Shown here in pieces: positions 12,449-24,289 of a DNA stretch of 64,000 nucleotides. The position numbers and the translations under genes are program-made. The stretch lies in the NCBI GenBank assembly GCA_047967505.1, contig CM106538.1; one strand, given 5' to 3'. Below the pieces are notes generated by a model. The model was not told where the DNA came from and ran no database searches. It worked only from the letters and a program-made list of their open reading frames with translations. This stretch comes from Dipteris shenzhenensis. Its lineage: Eukaryota. Every line of letters starts with the position of its first letter. Within the stretch, counting starts at the first letter, position 1.

Positions 12449-15400
12449 GTGGTATCAGAACTTTGGTGGTGCTCTTATGAAAGAAAAAGGCTACCTTGTG
12501 GCTCGTGTGAGAAGTTAATGAGAAGAGAGAAAGCCCATGGAAAGGGAGGAAGAAAGAAAAATTTTGAGGCTTTTACCATGGTTATCTTGTTGCAAAAGGG
12601 AACCGGCCTATAGCACTAAAGTGATAAAGGAGCTGCCACCACAAATTGCACTGACCAACCACTGGGTCACCGCCTCGTGTGCACAGCCAGAGGACCAAAG
12701 GACCTTTGGGATTTGGGATGCACTACACTGCAGTGAGCAGCCCGACACCCACGCACCCATCTGCAACTCCGTGCACCTACTTGTAAACCTAAGAAAAACA
12801 ATGGCCCTCGGGAGTCGGCTCATTAAGGTAGCCTCTGCCCACTGCAGACTCTCCTAGAGTCTCTCTCTCTCTGTGCGTGCCCATCTCTGCATACCTATAG
12901 TACCAATGTCATTAGAGACCTTGGAAGCCTCTCTCCTTTTGTGCAACCCCATCTGCAGACCTGCAGCCACCTGCAGGACTTCGGCCTGCATACCATCTTG
13001 AACTCCAAACCCAATGCACTGAAGCAGCATGCAGGCAATCTCTGGTCCTTTGCCATTGTGAACAGGAATCTGCAGACCGTGACACTATGTAGATTTTATT
13101 GCATCGTGTCACTGCCATTGGGGCAACAATCTTTGTAGAGCCTTTATCTCACTGCACGCAGTCCTCTAAGCACTTATAACTTAGGACAGATGTATTGGTC
13201 TTTGCGCGCACCATCCTACCATGCCCTCATGGACTTCGGAGCACTAAGCAGCCTTTGACTGAGTCTGATATCCTTGGCGGCTCTGTCTCTACTCAATCAT
13301 CACAGTATCTCAGCTTACATCCTCATCCATGCCCTCAAGGAGTCTGACTATCTGAGACTCTAAGCTATTTTGTCTGCCTCGGACGCCGAACCCATATAAG
13401 CCTTATTACTCTGGTTGACATCCATATACAAGTCTGCATCATTGGTCGGGGTTGTCAAGCAAAAGGTTCTTTGCCAAAAATTCAAGCAAGGCCACTCCAT
13501 CGACTAGCAAAGGGCATATTTTAAAAAAAAGAAAAGAAAAGAGAGCAAAGCAAAATCTGAAGAACCTCGAATCAAGAAGGCGATTGGAATCACGAAATCA
13601 CCATGCAATTAATTGGAGAGCGGTCGAGCACAAAGATGACTATAAGCGACATCATCGGTCACATATCTCCCACTCTAGTCTTTTCTACTTTCGATCAAAG
13701 AGCGATGTAAGTGATTTCTTTTGCTTTATATTTCATACACTATCTTTTGCCATCCATTTCTTACCATACACTTGAATCACACTTTCTTTCATCCGTTTAA
13801 TTTTCATACACTTATTATCCTTATTTCCCTCCACTCTATTTTTCTTGTATTTATTGGTGCATTAGCCACAACCACGCATGCTTCAAGAGTAGTTAGATGC
13901 ACTTTAGCACAGTTGGTCGATGAGTGTGAGCTTAGGGAGAGATTGGAAAAGAAAATCAATGGTAAGAAAAGGAAGAGGCATTCATCTGACAATGATCCTA
14001 TTATCAGGACAGTCAAAGCCACACTGAGAGCACATAATTCGAGGAAGGAGAGTAAGATAAGTAGAAAAGCTTTCTCATTTCAAAATTTCTATGGAAAGAA
14101 GGAAGCATGCACTGTCTTGTCTTCGATCAGTCAGCTAGATGATTATTTTTTAGGGGAGAAATTTTTTGAAAAGGACAAGATTAAATGTGCTACAAATCAT
14201 CTATTTTAGTAGAGAGTGCTGCACTTTGGTGGAACATCATTAAGCACAATAAAAGGCGACCAAAATCTTGGAAGTCCTTTCAAAAGCTCATCAAGAGAGA
14301 TTTCCTTCCCTCACATTTCAAAGAAAAAGCCAGACAACAGTGGGATACTTTCAGGCAATTCAATAAGGAAATGATCTCCACATATACTGATAGGTTTTGG
14401 CAAATGTTGATCCAGTTATAGTCCTTGGAGAAAGTTAATGAGCGAGATCAACACAGGAAGTATGTGGTAGGTCTAAAATCTAAGTTGAGAGCCGAGATTA
14501 ACATGTTTCATCCTCGCTCACTGAACTCTACGATTTCTCTTGCAATGAATTGTGAAAGGAAGAATGGGATCCCAAAAGAAGGGAAAGATTTGGAATGGCA
14601 TGTGCCCTTCAATAAAAAAAAGAGATTTAATAAAAAGCCCTTCTTTAAATCTAAAAATGGCTTTGTTCCATAGAAGAAAGATTCTTCTTTGAAGCCGAAC
14701 GGTGTAAATTTTCCAAAGAAAGAAATAAGGTGTTTCAAGTGCAACAAGGTGGGACACATAGCTGCTGAGTGTCCCGAAAGAAAGAAGACCTGATGGCCAA
14801 AGTGTACATGATTGACGATGAAGCAGCCAAGCAAGAGGGAGGTAAGTATAATTGTCATGCTCTTCTAAAAATGAAAGGTTTCATCAATGGCAAAGAGGTT
14901 GTTATTCTGCATGATGATGGTAGTACACATGATTTCATTTCGGAAAGAGCCTTAGCAAAGCTAAACCTAGAGTCTTTCCCATCTAACTACGATAAGGTTA
15001 AAGCTGCTTTTACCAAGACAAAGTACAATTGCACTAGAGAAGTTAAGAATCTTGAAATCTCAATCAAACCCTACAAGGATACACGATACTTTCTAGTGGC
15101 ACCCCTACAGGGAGTGGACATCATCTTAGGAATGCCATGGAGGCATCAATATAATCCTAAGATAGATAACGATTCACATCAGGTGTGGATTGAGAAGGAC
15201 ATACAAGAAATATGTTTGAAAAGCTCAATGAAACCTAAGATCAGTCGTTTACTCAACCACACACAAGCCAAAAGAGCAATTAGCAAATGTGAGAAGACAT
15301 ATCTAATTTTGTTGAATACAGTAACGACTACTCAGCCAAACACTAAGCCTACACACCAAAAGTTTCTTTCTCAAATTTTTGATTGTTTCTTAGAGGAGTT

Positions 15401-17409
15401 ACCACCTGGAATACCATGTTCTCAACCTGAAGATCATAGGATGGAAATCCTACCAGGTAATACTCCACCTTGCAAGGCTCCTTATAGAGTCAATCAGCTA
15501 GAACAAAAGGAAATTCAAAAGTAAGTGGAGGAACTGATAGAGAGGGGATTGATAAGACCCTAGCAATTCTCCTTATGGAGCACCTGTCTTATTAGTCAAA
15601 AAGAAAAATGGAACCTATCAAATGTGCATAGACTATCGTGCACTAAACAAAATCACAGTGAAGAACAAATATCCAATCCCTAGGATTGATGGTCTTTTAC
15701 ACAAATTGAAAGGGGCCAAGGTCTTCAATAAGATAGATCTCAAATCCGGCTATCATTAAGTTTTTATGGTAGAAGAGGATATATACAAGACTACCTTTAG
15801 AACTCAAACGGGACATTATGAGTTCCTAGTTATGCCTTTTGGGCTAACTAATGCTCTAGCTACTTTTAGTAGAATGATGAACTGAATCTCTCTTAAATGC
15901 CAAGATTGTGTGGTAGTATTTTTTGATGATATTCTGGTGTTTAGCAAAGACGTTGAGGAGCATAAGGAACATCTAAAGCTAGTCTTTTCACTCTTGAAAG
16001 AAAATCAATTGTACATAAATCTTGAAAAGAGTAGTTTCTTTCAAGATCAGATAGAGTATTTGGGTCACATTGTATCCGTCGATGGGATTCAAGTAGATCT
16101 AAAGAAGATTGACTGCATAGTCACATGGCCGCATACATTGCACATCCATTGATAGACCTTCTTAGAAAAGCTAAGCATTTCTTATGGACCGAGCGTCAAG
16201 ATAAATCTTTTATAGCTTTGAAAGAAGCTCTCACACAAGCTCTTGTGTTGCAACTACCCGATTTCTCTAGACCATTCTTTGTAGTTGTAACCGATGCTAG
16301 TGGATATGGAATTGGAGCTGTACTTATGTAAGATGGTCATCCAATAGCATATGAGAGCCCAAAATTAAAAACCAGCAGAATGCAATTATAGTACATATGA
16401 TAAAGAATTAACCACTGTTGTGCATGCCTTATGAATGTGGAAACACTATTTGATGGGAGCTGAGTTTCTTATCAAAACCGATCAGTAAAGTATCAAGCAT
16501 TTGTTGACTCAGCCACTTATATCCAATAGGCATATCAAATCGGCATCATTTATACAAAGTTTTCAGCCCATGATTCAGTATTAACATAGAGAAGAAAATG
16601 TAGTTGCTGATGCTTTTAGCAAAAAGCCAAGTATTAATCACATCACTGCTGTAGAGACCCAGCCTTTCGAAGGTATGAAGAATTCTTATCAAGGGGATCC
16701 TGACTTTTTTTAGATATGGAACAAATCAGAGAATAATAATTGGAATCCTATGTTGGACTATTCATGCAATGATGGATACCTCTTTTATCAAAAGAAATTA
16801 TGCATCACTCGACCCTTTAGACAAATTGTAATGGAGGAAATTTGCACCAACCACCATATATGGGACATAGGGGAGTGACTACCACTTTACAAGTGATAGC
16901 AAGAGAATTTCATTGGCCTACTATAAGAAAAGATGTGGCTAAGTTTGTAGTTGAATGCATCTCTTGCCAAAAGATCAAGAGTTACAAAGGAAAGACCCCA
17001 GGATTGCTAATGCTTTTGCCTATTCCTACGCAACCTTGGGAACAAATATCCATGGATTTCATAATAGGTTTTCCTACTATATCGAATCAAAATGATATGA
17101 TTTGGATGATAGTAGATTGCTTTAGTAAGCAAGCCCTTCAAAGGACCTTTACCTATTCATCCTGTCTATGAAGAGGGCCCATTGATTGTTGATGAAGAAG
17201 AAATTCTAGAACCCGAATGCTTTATGGATCATCAACAAACCTCGACCCGAAAAGGAAATGTCTATACTAAATACTTGCTCAAATTTAAGAATCATCCAAG
17301 AGATGATGCTCCGTGGATGCCTGAGCGGTTCTTTTAAACTTTTCCAGACCTCATTAGTTCCTATAATTAAACACGCAAGTGAGTTTAGTTGCAATCCAAG
17401 CAAGAGGGA

Positions 17410-18132
17410 TGTTATGAACATTATATTTCTCATATATCTTGCTTTGGACATTATTATTTTAGTCAAGTGTGACTATGGCAAAGTACTCCATAGGAGCGCA
17501 TCGGACACAGCAGGGGTCCTAGTGGATACTTTGTGTGGTTAGTTGGGGATGCTTGACTAGCTTATGTTTTGCCATGCTAGATGGTCGGTATTGTGGGTGA
17601 TTCCATGTTAATACTGATGTTGCTAGTGTTATTGGTGTTGTGCTTGATTATTATGCTTTGATTGTGGTTATGTTGGGATTAGTTGATTCGGTGATTCGTT
17701 CAATCGATTGTTAATAACTAATGTAATTGGCGACTTGAGTACAGGTGATGGAACTCATAGCAAGGATTGGAGTTAGTGCGAGGGTACCAATCGAGGTGTC
17801 ACACAATGCATTTTATATGGCCATGAGCCAATTTTGCATTTGCATTATTATTGCAAGTTTGAGCAATATATTTTGTATTGGACATAATTCATTTTTGGGC
17901 CGTAAGATGGCTATGTAAAGCAAATCCCTCATTTTGGAAGAGAGGGATAATTTTGGCTCCTTGGTGCTTTTATGAAATATCATAGATACTCTAGATGAGG
18001 AAGTATGAGTCACTCATCTAGGGGGGAAGATTGTACCCAGTCTACTGTCACTTTTGTGGTGGGATTGTGCTCTTCTTCTCCAATTGATTAAGTGGTGAAT
18101 TTGTGGTGAAGATAATTACCTTTTGGGTTTCA
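17410..18132 (+). repeat. Gypsy 3' LTR (723 bp)
   Basis: Direct repeat of 11727-12448; preceded by purine tract AAGCAAGAGGGA. Confidence 0.92.
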
Positions 18133-19768
18133 AACTTAGTAACTATTTGACTAAATTTCATCTTCTTTGTCCCCATAGGGAGAAGGCTATCTAGTACTAT
18201 GTCATCCTCCATTTGCTCTCCATCAGAGCTGTCAGACAGTTTAGGCTTTAGCCTTAATATAATCTCAGCTACCTCAGTGACTCTCTCGCCACTATCTGTG
18301 TCGAGCTTTTCACCACTATCCGTGTGTTCACCCTTGCTATTCTTTCCAGTCAACTCCCCATTGCCACCTATGTCTTCATCCTTGTTGTGGTTTCCCAATA
18401 AGTCTTGCATGTCCAATCTTGCTATCGCTTCCTCTATAATCCTGTCCCGTTGCTGCAGATTTTCTTCATTCAAGTTCAGTAGATGATTTTCATCCAAGTG
18501 CTGATCATCTTCGATGTCTCTAGTTAGATTGTCTACAAAGAAATAAGGTCACCAAATGCTAAATTGTACTTGATGCTAAATAGTGCTTGAATAGTACTAA
18601 ATGACAAATACTACTAAATGCCAAATAGTGTTAAATGCTAAATAGTGCTGAAACACACAGTACTAGCAGTGCTAAATAGTGCTAAATAGTACTAGTGAAT
18701 GCTAAATAGTGCTGAATACTACTAAATGCTGAATAGTGCTAAATAGTACTAAAGTCTAGATAGTGCAAAATGTTAAACATTGCTAAATGCCAAATAGTTC
18801 TAAATCCTAAATATTGCTAAATCACATAAATAGTACTATTTAGTACTAAATAACTAACTTCAAATGTTCAGCATGTACAATATTATATTACTCTATTGAG
18901 TAATAAGTAATAAGAAGAAAAGAGTGAAGAGAATATACCTGCTTTATCAAAGCCCATGGCAGCCGACCATGCATTTGACACCAATACATTACAGGATGGA
19001 TGAATACATCGTAGATTCTTAGAAAAATGAAATTGTACCCTTTCACTCATGCAGTACACCTTCTTGCTCCACGTTGAACTTCTGTTGACCCTGTAAACTT
19101 ACAAGCTCCTGTTTTACTGTAGACGTGCCTACATCACGTTCGTGCTTGATACACATGTTGCCAAAGCTAGTCGAGTGTAGATTCATGTCTCTATGTTGGG
19201 AAAAGTCATCCCAATCCACATCTACTCCATGAGTAGATGCAGCAAATGCCCGTGCCAACACTGTACTAACTTCATTGTTCATGGTTGTTTTCGAATTCTA
19301 AATCCTATAGTAAATCTTTATAAAATCATTCAGCAATGATTTCTTCAGCCGACCTATATGAAAGCCACACCGGCTCTCTTTGTCATTGTTTCCCCATATT
19401 TCTTGGATCCAGGTGTCTAACTCCAGATATGAGTCTTGGAGAAAGGACACCGGGCTTCTTGGAGGTGGGAGATGTGATGCCTTTGGGCTTCCTTGGAGAC
19501 AAAGCAATCTTGAGCTATTGCAAAGAGAGTAAATTTTAGTACTAGGACTCACACTAAGATGAAACGGAGTAAAATAACAAAGAGATAGAGAGAGAGAGAG
19601 AGAGAGCAACAACAAAAGCAGAAAGTTTGCATGTCGATAGAAGGAATGGCAAAAGACAATCGCATGCAGGCTCCATGCAGGTCCAAATATTGAATTATGG
19701 GGGGAAAGCATTAAGAGAATGAGGAAAAGCAAAGAACGAATAGAGAATGGGGGAAAAGAGAAGAATGA

Positions 19769-19811
<43 letters not shown>

Positions 19812-20120
19812 TCACGAGAGAGCAACCTGCGTCAATGTCTTACCAAAAAATTTGAGGTGGAAATTAAAAGTTTAGAAGTTCAAAAGTGGAAGTGATGGAG
19901 TGTAGGTTCGAAAGTGAAACACCTAAGAGGAGACATAGTGCATGAAAATGTGTGTATGAGCATGAGAATGCATACGTGAGAATATCTTGTGCATGAGAAT
20001 CTATAATCAATAAATATATTACTACACATCGATTCGGGAAATCTCTCCATATTGCACACTACTTAGTACTACCACATTCTTGCCAATAGTACATACACCG
20101 TAGCATGCTTTCACCCAGAT

Positions 20121-21461
20121 TACCACTATTACTATATAATCATGGGCCTGAACATGATTTGGCTACTTTTATCTCATCTGCCCTTGCTCAGCTACTTTGC
20201 TCCATGCTCGCTCCTCTAGCTCTCATCCACCCTTAATCAACTATCTTGCTCCATGCTCCCTCCTCCATCTCTCATATACTCATCTACTCTTCTACTCATC
20301 CACTCCATTGCTCACCCACTCTTTTCACCATGCCAGAAACTGTAGGAAATGTAGCCAACATTACTACTTGCCCTTGATACAACATGATCCCAATCTTTTT
20401 TGCTTTCTCATAAAAGGTCATTAAATGTTGCACTTGCCAAGGCTTGAAATGATAACTCTTGTGGAATGTCTTTGTAATCTCCATCAATTCCCCCCACATC
20501 TAAATGTCACTACCTTGGATGGCATGCACACAGTTGGCCTCTTTATGGTTATGCTCTATGGGTTCCCTATAGACGTTGACTAAGGGCTAAGGATTTTGAA
20601 AGCAAAGTTTTCTCATGTTGTTGGGGAGGCCAAAATCTAAGTCTTGCATTTGTATGGTCTTCGGCCTCTCCATTGGCTCCCCAAAAATTCAAATGCAGTA
20701 AGCTGGGTGGCCTTTGAATACGAGAATGTATAATGGTCTATCAGCAATCGGCAATACTGAGTTGTATAAATATCCTCTTTGCAACTTTTGATCAATGAGG
20801 CTCATAACAAAGAGATAACCACTCAGCAATGGCTGAGTAGTTAACCTCACTGAATGTAATCTTTTGGGCTCTAAGTCTCTTAGCAATTGCATAGTTTTTA
20901 TAAATGTAATCTCTTTTGTCCAATTTTTGCTCCATCATGAGGCTCTCAGCAATTGCCAAGTTGTAAGTTTTTAAAAACTATCTTTGGATGTAGATGGAAT
21001 CTCTTTTATTCAATTTTTACTCGATGATGTAATCTTTTGGGCTCTAAAGCTCTTAGCAATTGCTAAGTTTTATAACTTTAATCTCTTTTGTTCAATTTTT
21101 ACTCCGTGAGGCTCTCACCAATTGCTGAGGTGACCGTTTTTATGAATTGTCTTTGGATGTAGATGTAATCTCTTTTTTTTATCTTACTTAATGAGGCTCT
21201 TAGCAATTACTGAGTTGTTCTAAATTGTCTTTAGATGCCAAGTGTAATCTCTTTTAAGTTTTAACTTTAATATAAACAATACAATTTGCTGGTGGTAGTC
21301 ATTCGTGGTAGCGGTCATTGCTGGTTACAGTCATTGCACAATCAATTGGTGCACAAGGAAACACACTTTCCTTGGTTTTAGGATTAACTATAAGCAGCAC
21401 TAAAATAGTTCCAAGAACTAGCATGGTGGTTGTAAGGAAATACATTTTGCTTGGTTTAGGA
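20121..21461 (+). mobile_element. Segment of an unclassified repeat-rich element (host of the Sola2 and gag-only insertions)
   Basis: Homologous in reverse orientation to ~34330-35460 (CT-rich leader, LYGFP.DVD-type ORF, AATCTCTTTTG repeats). It appears to continue at ~5270-5494 and ~24112-24260. Confidence 0.6.
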
Positions 21462-21466
21462 TTAAC

Positions 21467-24106
21467 TGTTGGGATATCTCAAGGTGTATGCCTCAGGCAC
21501 ACCTTATGTTTCTATGTGTGAGTGCTAGAGGCACAGTTAGGTGCCCACAAGCACAGTTAGGTGGTGGAAAAGCCACATAGGATGATTGAGTGAATCTAGG
21601 AGCAGATTGAGGAGATGATTGAGGAGCTTTGAGGTCATCAGTGATGTCAGTGACCTTGTATGAGGTGCCTACTTAAGGACCTCTTTCTTCTTCATTCTAT
21701 ATGCAAGTATTCTGATTTTGTGTCAACTCTACTCTCTCCTTACAGTGTTCCAACATGGTATCAGAGCCATTTGATCCTCCTTGAGCCCATTTCTGCCACA
21801 TCATCATCTTCTTCTTCTTCTTCTTCTTCACCATCTCTCCCTCTTCTCCCAAAATTTTGCTTGAGCTTGTTCTCCTTCAATCCTCAACCATTTCCCACGC
21901 CCTTTCTGCTGGAGATCCCTCTGGTTGGGGCGAACTTTGGGCTGGAAGGAATCAACGAAATTCGCGCGCTGCTCGTCGCCATTGTAGAAAAGTCGTCGAA
22001 ATCCTCTACTGCAAGTTCTCTGCACCTGCTCTGTCTTTTCCTAATTCCTTCCAGGGCAAGCTTCTCCATCCTAGAGCTACCTTGTGCTGAAATCTGAGCA
22101 GCAATGGCTGCATATTGAAGGAGAAAACAGAGAAAAACCAGTCGACTTTGTTCATGAAGGTGAAGGCGACCTGATGCATATTTTCGCCTCTTCTTTCTAG
22201 AGGATCTACTGTGGTATACCAGCTTTCTTTTGCCTCAGAAAGCCCTCTTTCTTTTGCTTTGAAGAGTGTGATATGAGCCCTCCAAATTCAGCTCTTTAGT
22301 TTTGACAGTTTTGACATACTTTTGAAAATGATGCTACATAAAATGCTACTCTAGCATTTCTGGTCTTTTGAAGTTTTTAATAACTTCACTACAAGTGTTG
22401 CTTTAGCTTTGTTTTGACTTGCTAGACTTGGATGTGATTGGAAAGTGTTTATTTCATTCACTCCTATGAAGCATGCAAAAGTAGCATCATTGTTTGAAAA
22501 CTAGTCACTACTATTTGCTACATCAAGTGGCTATACTTTGGAAGTATTTCAGTTCTTTTTGCCTTGTAAGAGAGATAGACACTGCCCAATATCTGGGTTA
22601 GACCCTCTCATGGCTACTTTATATAATCTTGAGAAGTTCAATGGAAAGGGGTTCCATACATGGCAAATGAAGGTAAAATTTGCATTAATGCGGGAGAACT
22701 TATGGGGACTTGTGTCAAACCTACTCCTACCGCTTCTTCTACGGCCTCAAATGCTGGGGAATCTTCAGCTCCGACACGACCGGCAAGGGATCCAGCAAGA
22801 GAAGAAAAAGCATATGGTATAATTGCTTTAGCTTTGTTTGATGATTACATACATCATATATCTGACTTGGAGTCTCCATCGGAAGCATGGCAGAAGCTAG
22901 ATTTGATTTTTGGTGCAAGCTCTCATATTTCTAAAATATCACTTAAAATCTCTTTCTTTGAATTAAAGATGGCAAGTGATACTACTTTAGCTTCCCATGT
23001 CAACTATATGCGGAGTCTTATGACTCAGTTAGCTTCTATTAACTCTCCTATCACCCCTGATGATGCTATGGCAGTACTACTTAAGAGTATGCCTGAAAGC
23101 TTTGATCACATTGTAAGCACTTTGAAGAATCTTCCCAATCCAAACCTTGAAGGCATTATCTCAGCTCTCCAAGAAGAAGAAAGACATATGGAGTTAAGGA
23201 AAGGCAATGACACTGCTTATGTTATGAAATTCCAGAAGGGCAAGTATTCTCCTTGCAATCACTGTGGAAAGACAAATCACCTTTCAAAGGACTGCTTCAA
23301 AGTTAATCCATGTAAGCACTGTGGCAAAAACAACCATAGTGAGAAGTTCTGCAGAGACAAAGCAAAGACAGAAAATGCAAATCTACTTACAGTGAATTTG
23401 CCTCCACAAGATGAGGCATCCCATGAAGATTATGCATTTTAAATCATCTCTATGTATGCTCCAGATCACTCTTTTTATGTCAAGGTACTCAGCCTGGATA
23501 GTCCTCCAAAATGAATGAAAATAAATTATTGTGTGTTGTGTGTTTTGTAAACACCTCTGGTCACCTTATGATGTAGGCCATGTGTATGTTTTGTTCCATG
23601 GTACCTCCTACAGACATTGTGTGCATGTACATGTAGGGGAGATAACCATTGGAAGGTCTGTTTGTATCCCTTTCTGTTTACCTTACACCCAAGGAAACCC
23701 TTGCTAGCATGAGAACCTAGCCATAGATTTATCCTTGACCACCATGAGATGGCATGAGAAACTATGAGACTAGATGTATCCTTGACATAGCCTGAGGCAT
23801 CTCCTTGAGGGGGGGTTTGTTGGGATATCTCAAGGTGTATGCCTCAGGCACACCTTATGTTTCTATGTGTGAGTGCTAGAGGCACAGTTAGGTGCCCACA
23901 AGCACAGTTAGGTGGTGGAAAAGCCACATAGGATGATTGAGTGAATCTAGGAGCAGATTGAGGAGATGATTGAGGAGCTTTGAGGTCATCAGTGATGTCA
24001 GTGACCTTGTATGAGGTGCCTACTTAAGGACCTCTTTCTTCTTCATTCTATATGCAAGTATTCTGATTTTGTGTCAACTCTACTCTCTCCTTTCAGTGTT
24101 CCAACA
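21467..24106 (+). mobile_element. Young gag-only (TR-GAG-like) Copia-type LTR retrotransposon, 2640 bp
   Basis: 289-bp LTRs 21467-21755 and 23818-24106 differing at one visible position; perfect TSD TTAAC; PBS TGGTATCAGAGCC at 21756; PPT GAGGGGGGG at ~23807-23815; no pol. Confidence 0.95.
22610..23442 (+). pseudogene. Copia-type Gag with two CCHC zinc knuckles, one frameshift near 22712
   Basis: MATLYNLEKFNGKGFHTWQMKVKFALMRENLWGLV, then a frame change into ORF 22660-23442 (AVLLKSMPESFDHIV; CNHCGKTNHLSKDC, CKHCGKNNHSEKFC). Confidence 0.85.
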
Positions 24107-24289
24107 TTAACTACAACCCGAACTTAAATAGAACCAATGTAGTGGTTGCACAAGAAAATACATTTTTTTTTTCATATTAACTTTACTTGTTTTAAACTCG
24201 ATGCAAAATATGACCTCCAAGAACTAGCACGATGGTCACTTTAAGCCAATGTCAGTGCAATGGTTGCAAATTTAGATCAGCGTGGGAGA

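Larger units (their letters stand above)
11727..18132 (+). mobile_element. Ty3/Gypsy chromovirus LTR retrotransposon, degenerate
   Basis: LTRs 11727-12448 and 17410-18132 (TG..CA); PBS TGGTATCAGA at 12450 (tRNA-Met type); PPT before 17410; TSD GACTT/AACTT (1 mismatch). Gag with CFKCNKVGHIAAEC, protease LHDDGSTHDFI, RT FFDDIL, RNase H TDASGYGIGAVL, integrase HHCC, chromodomain-like EPE..D..TR..Y.KYLLKFKNHPRDDAPW at ~17200-17320. Confidence 0.95.
10689..19500 (-). pseudogene. Transposon cargo gene: unknown N-terminal domain, acidic linker and FCP1/NIF (HAD-superfamily) phosphatase-like domain; split by the Gypsy insertion
   Basis: Last exon (~11417 to 10689) reads PQKKLLIFDLNGILL then, after a frameshift, PQLINFMKYLWKHFEIATWSSMTRRNV..NTLLVD..KAALNP, a NIF/FCP1 pattern. 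The upstream exon from 18532 (ORF 18048-18497) continues in frame across the Gypsy site to ~11640. Phase-compatible GT-AG intron 18533-18938; further coding-like sequence to ~19500 (start approximate). Confidence 0.7.
5499..20116 (+). mobile_element. Full-length Sola2-like TIR DNA transposon (about 8.2 kb without the nested Gypsy) carrying a transposase and a cargo gene
   Basis: TIRs 5499-5519 (GGGTGAAGCATGCTACGGTGT) and 20095-20116 (ACACCGTAGCATGCTTTCACCC); perfect AGAT duplication at 5495-5498 and 20117-20120. 5'-GRG ends and a 4-bp TSD fit Sola2 as I recall it; DDD transposase inside. Confidence 0.85.
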
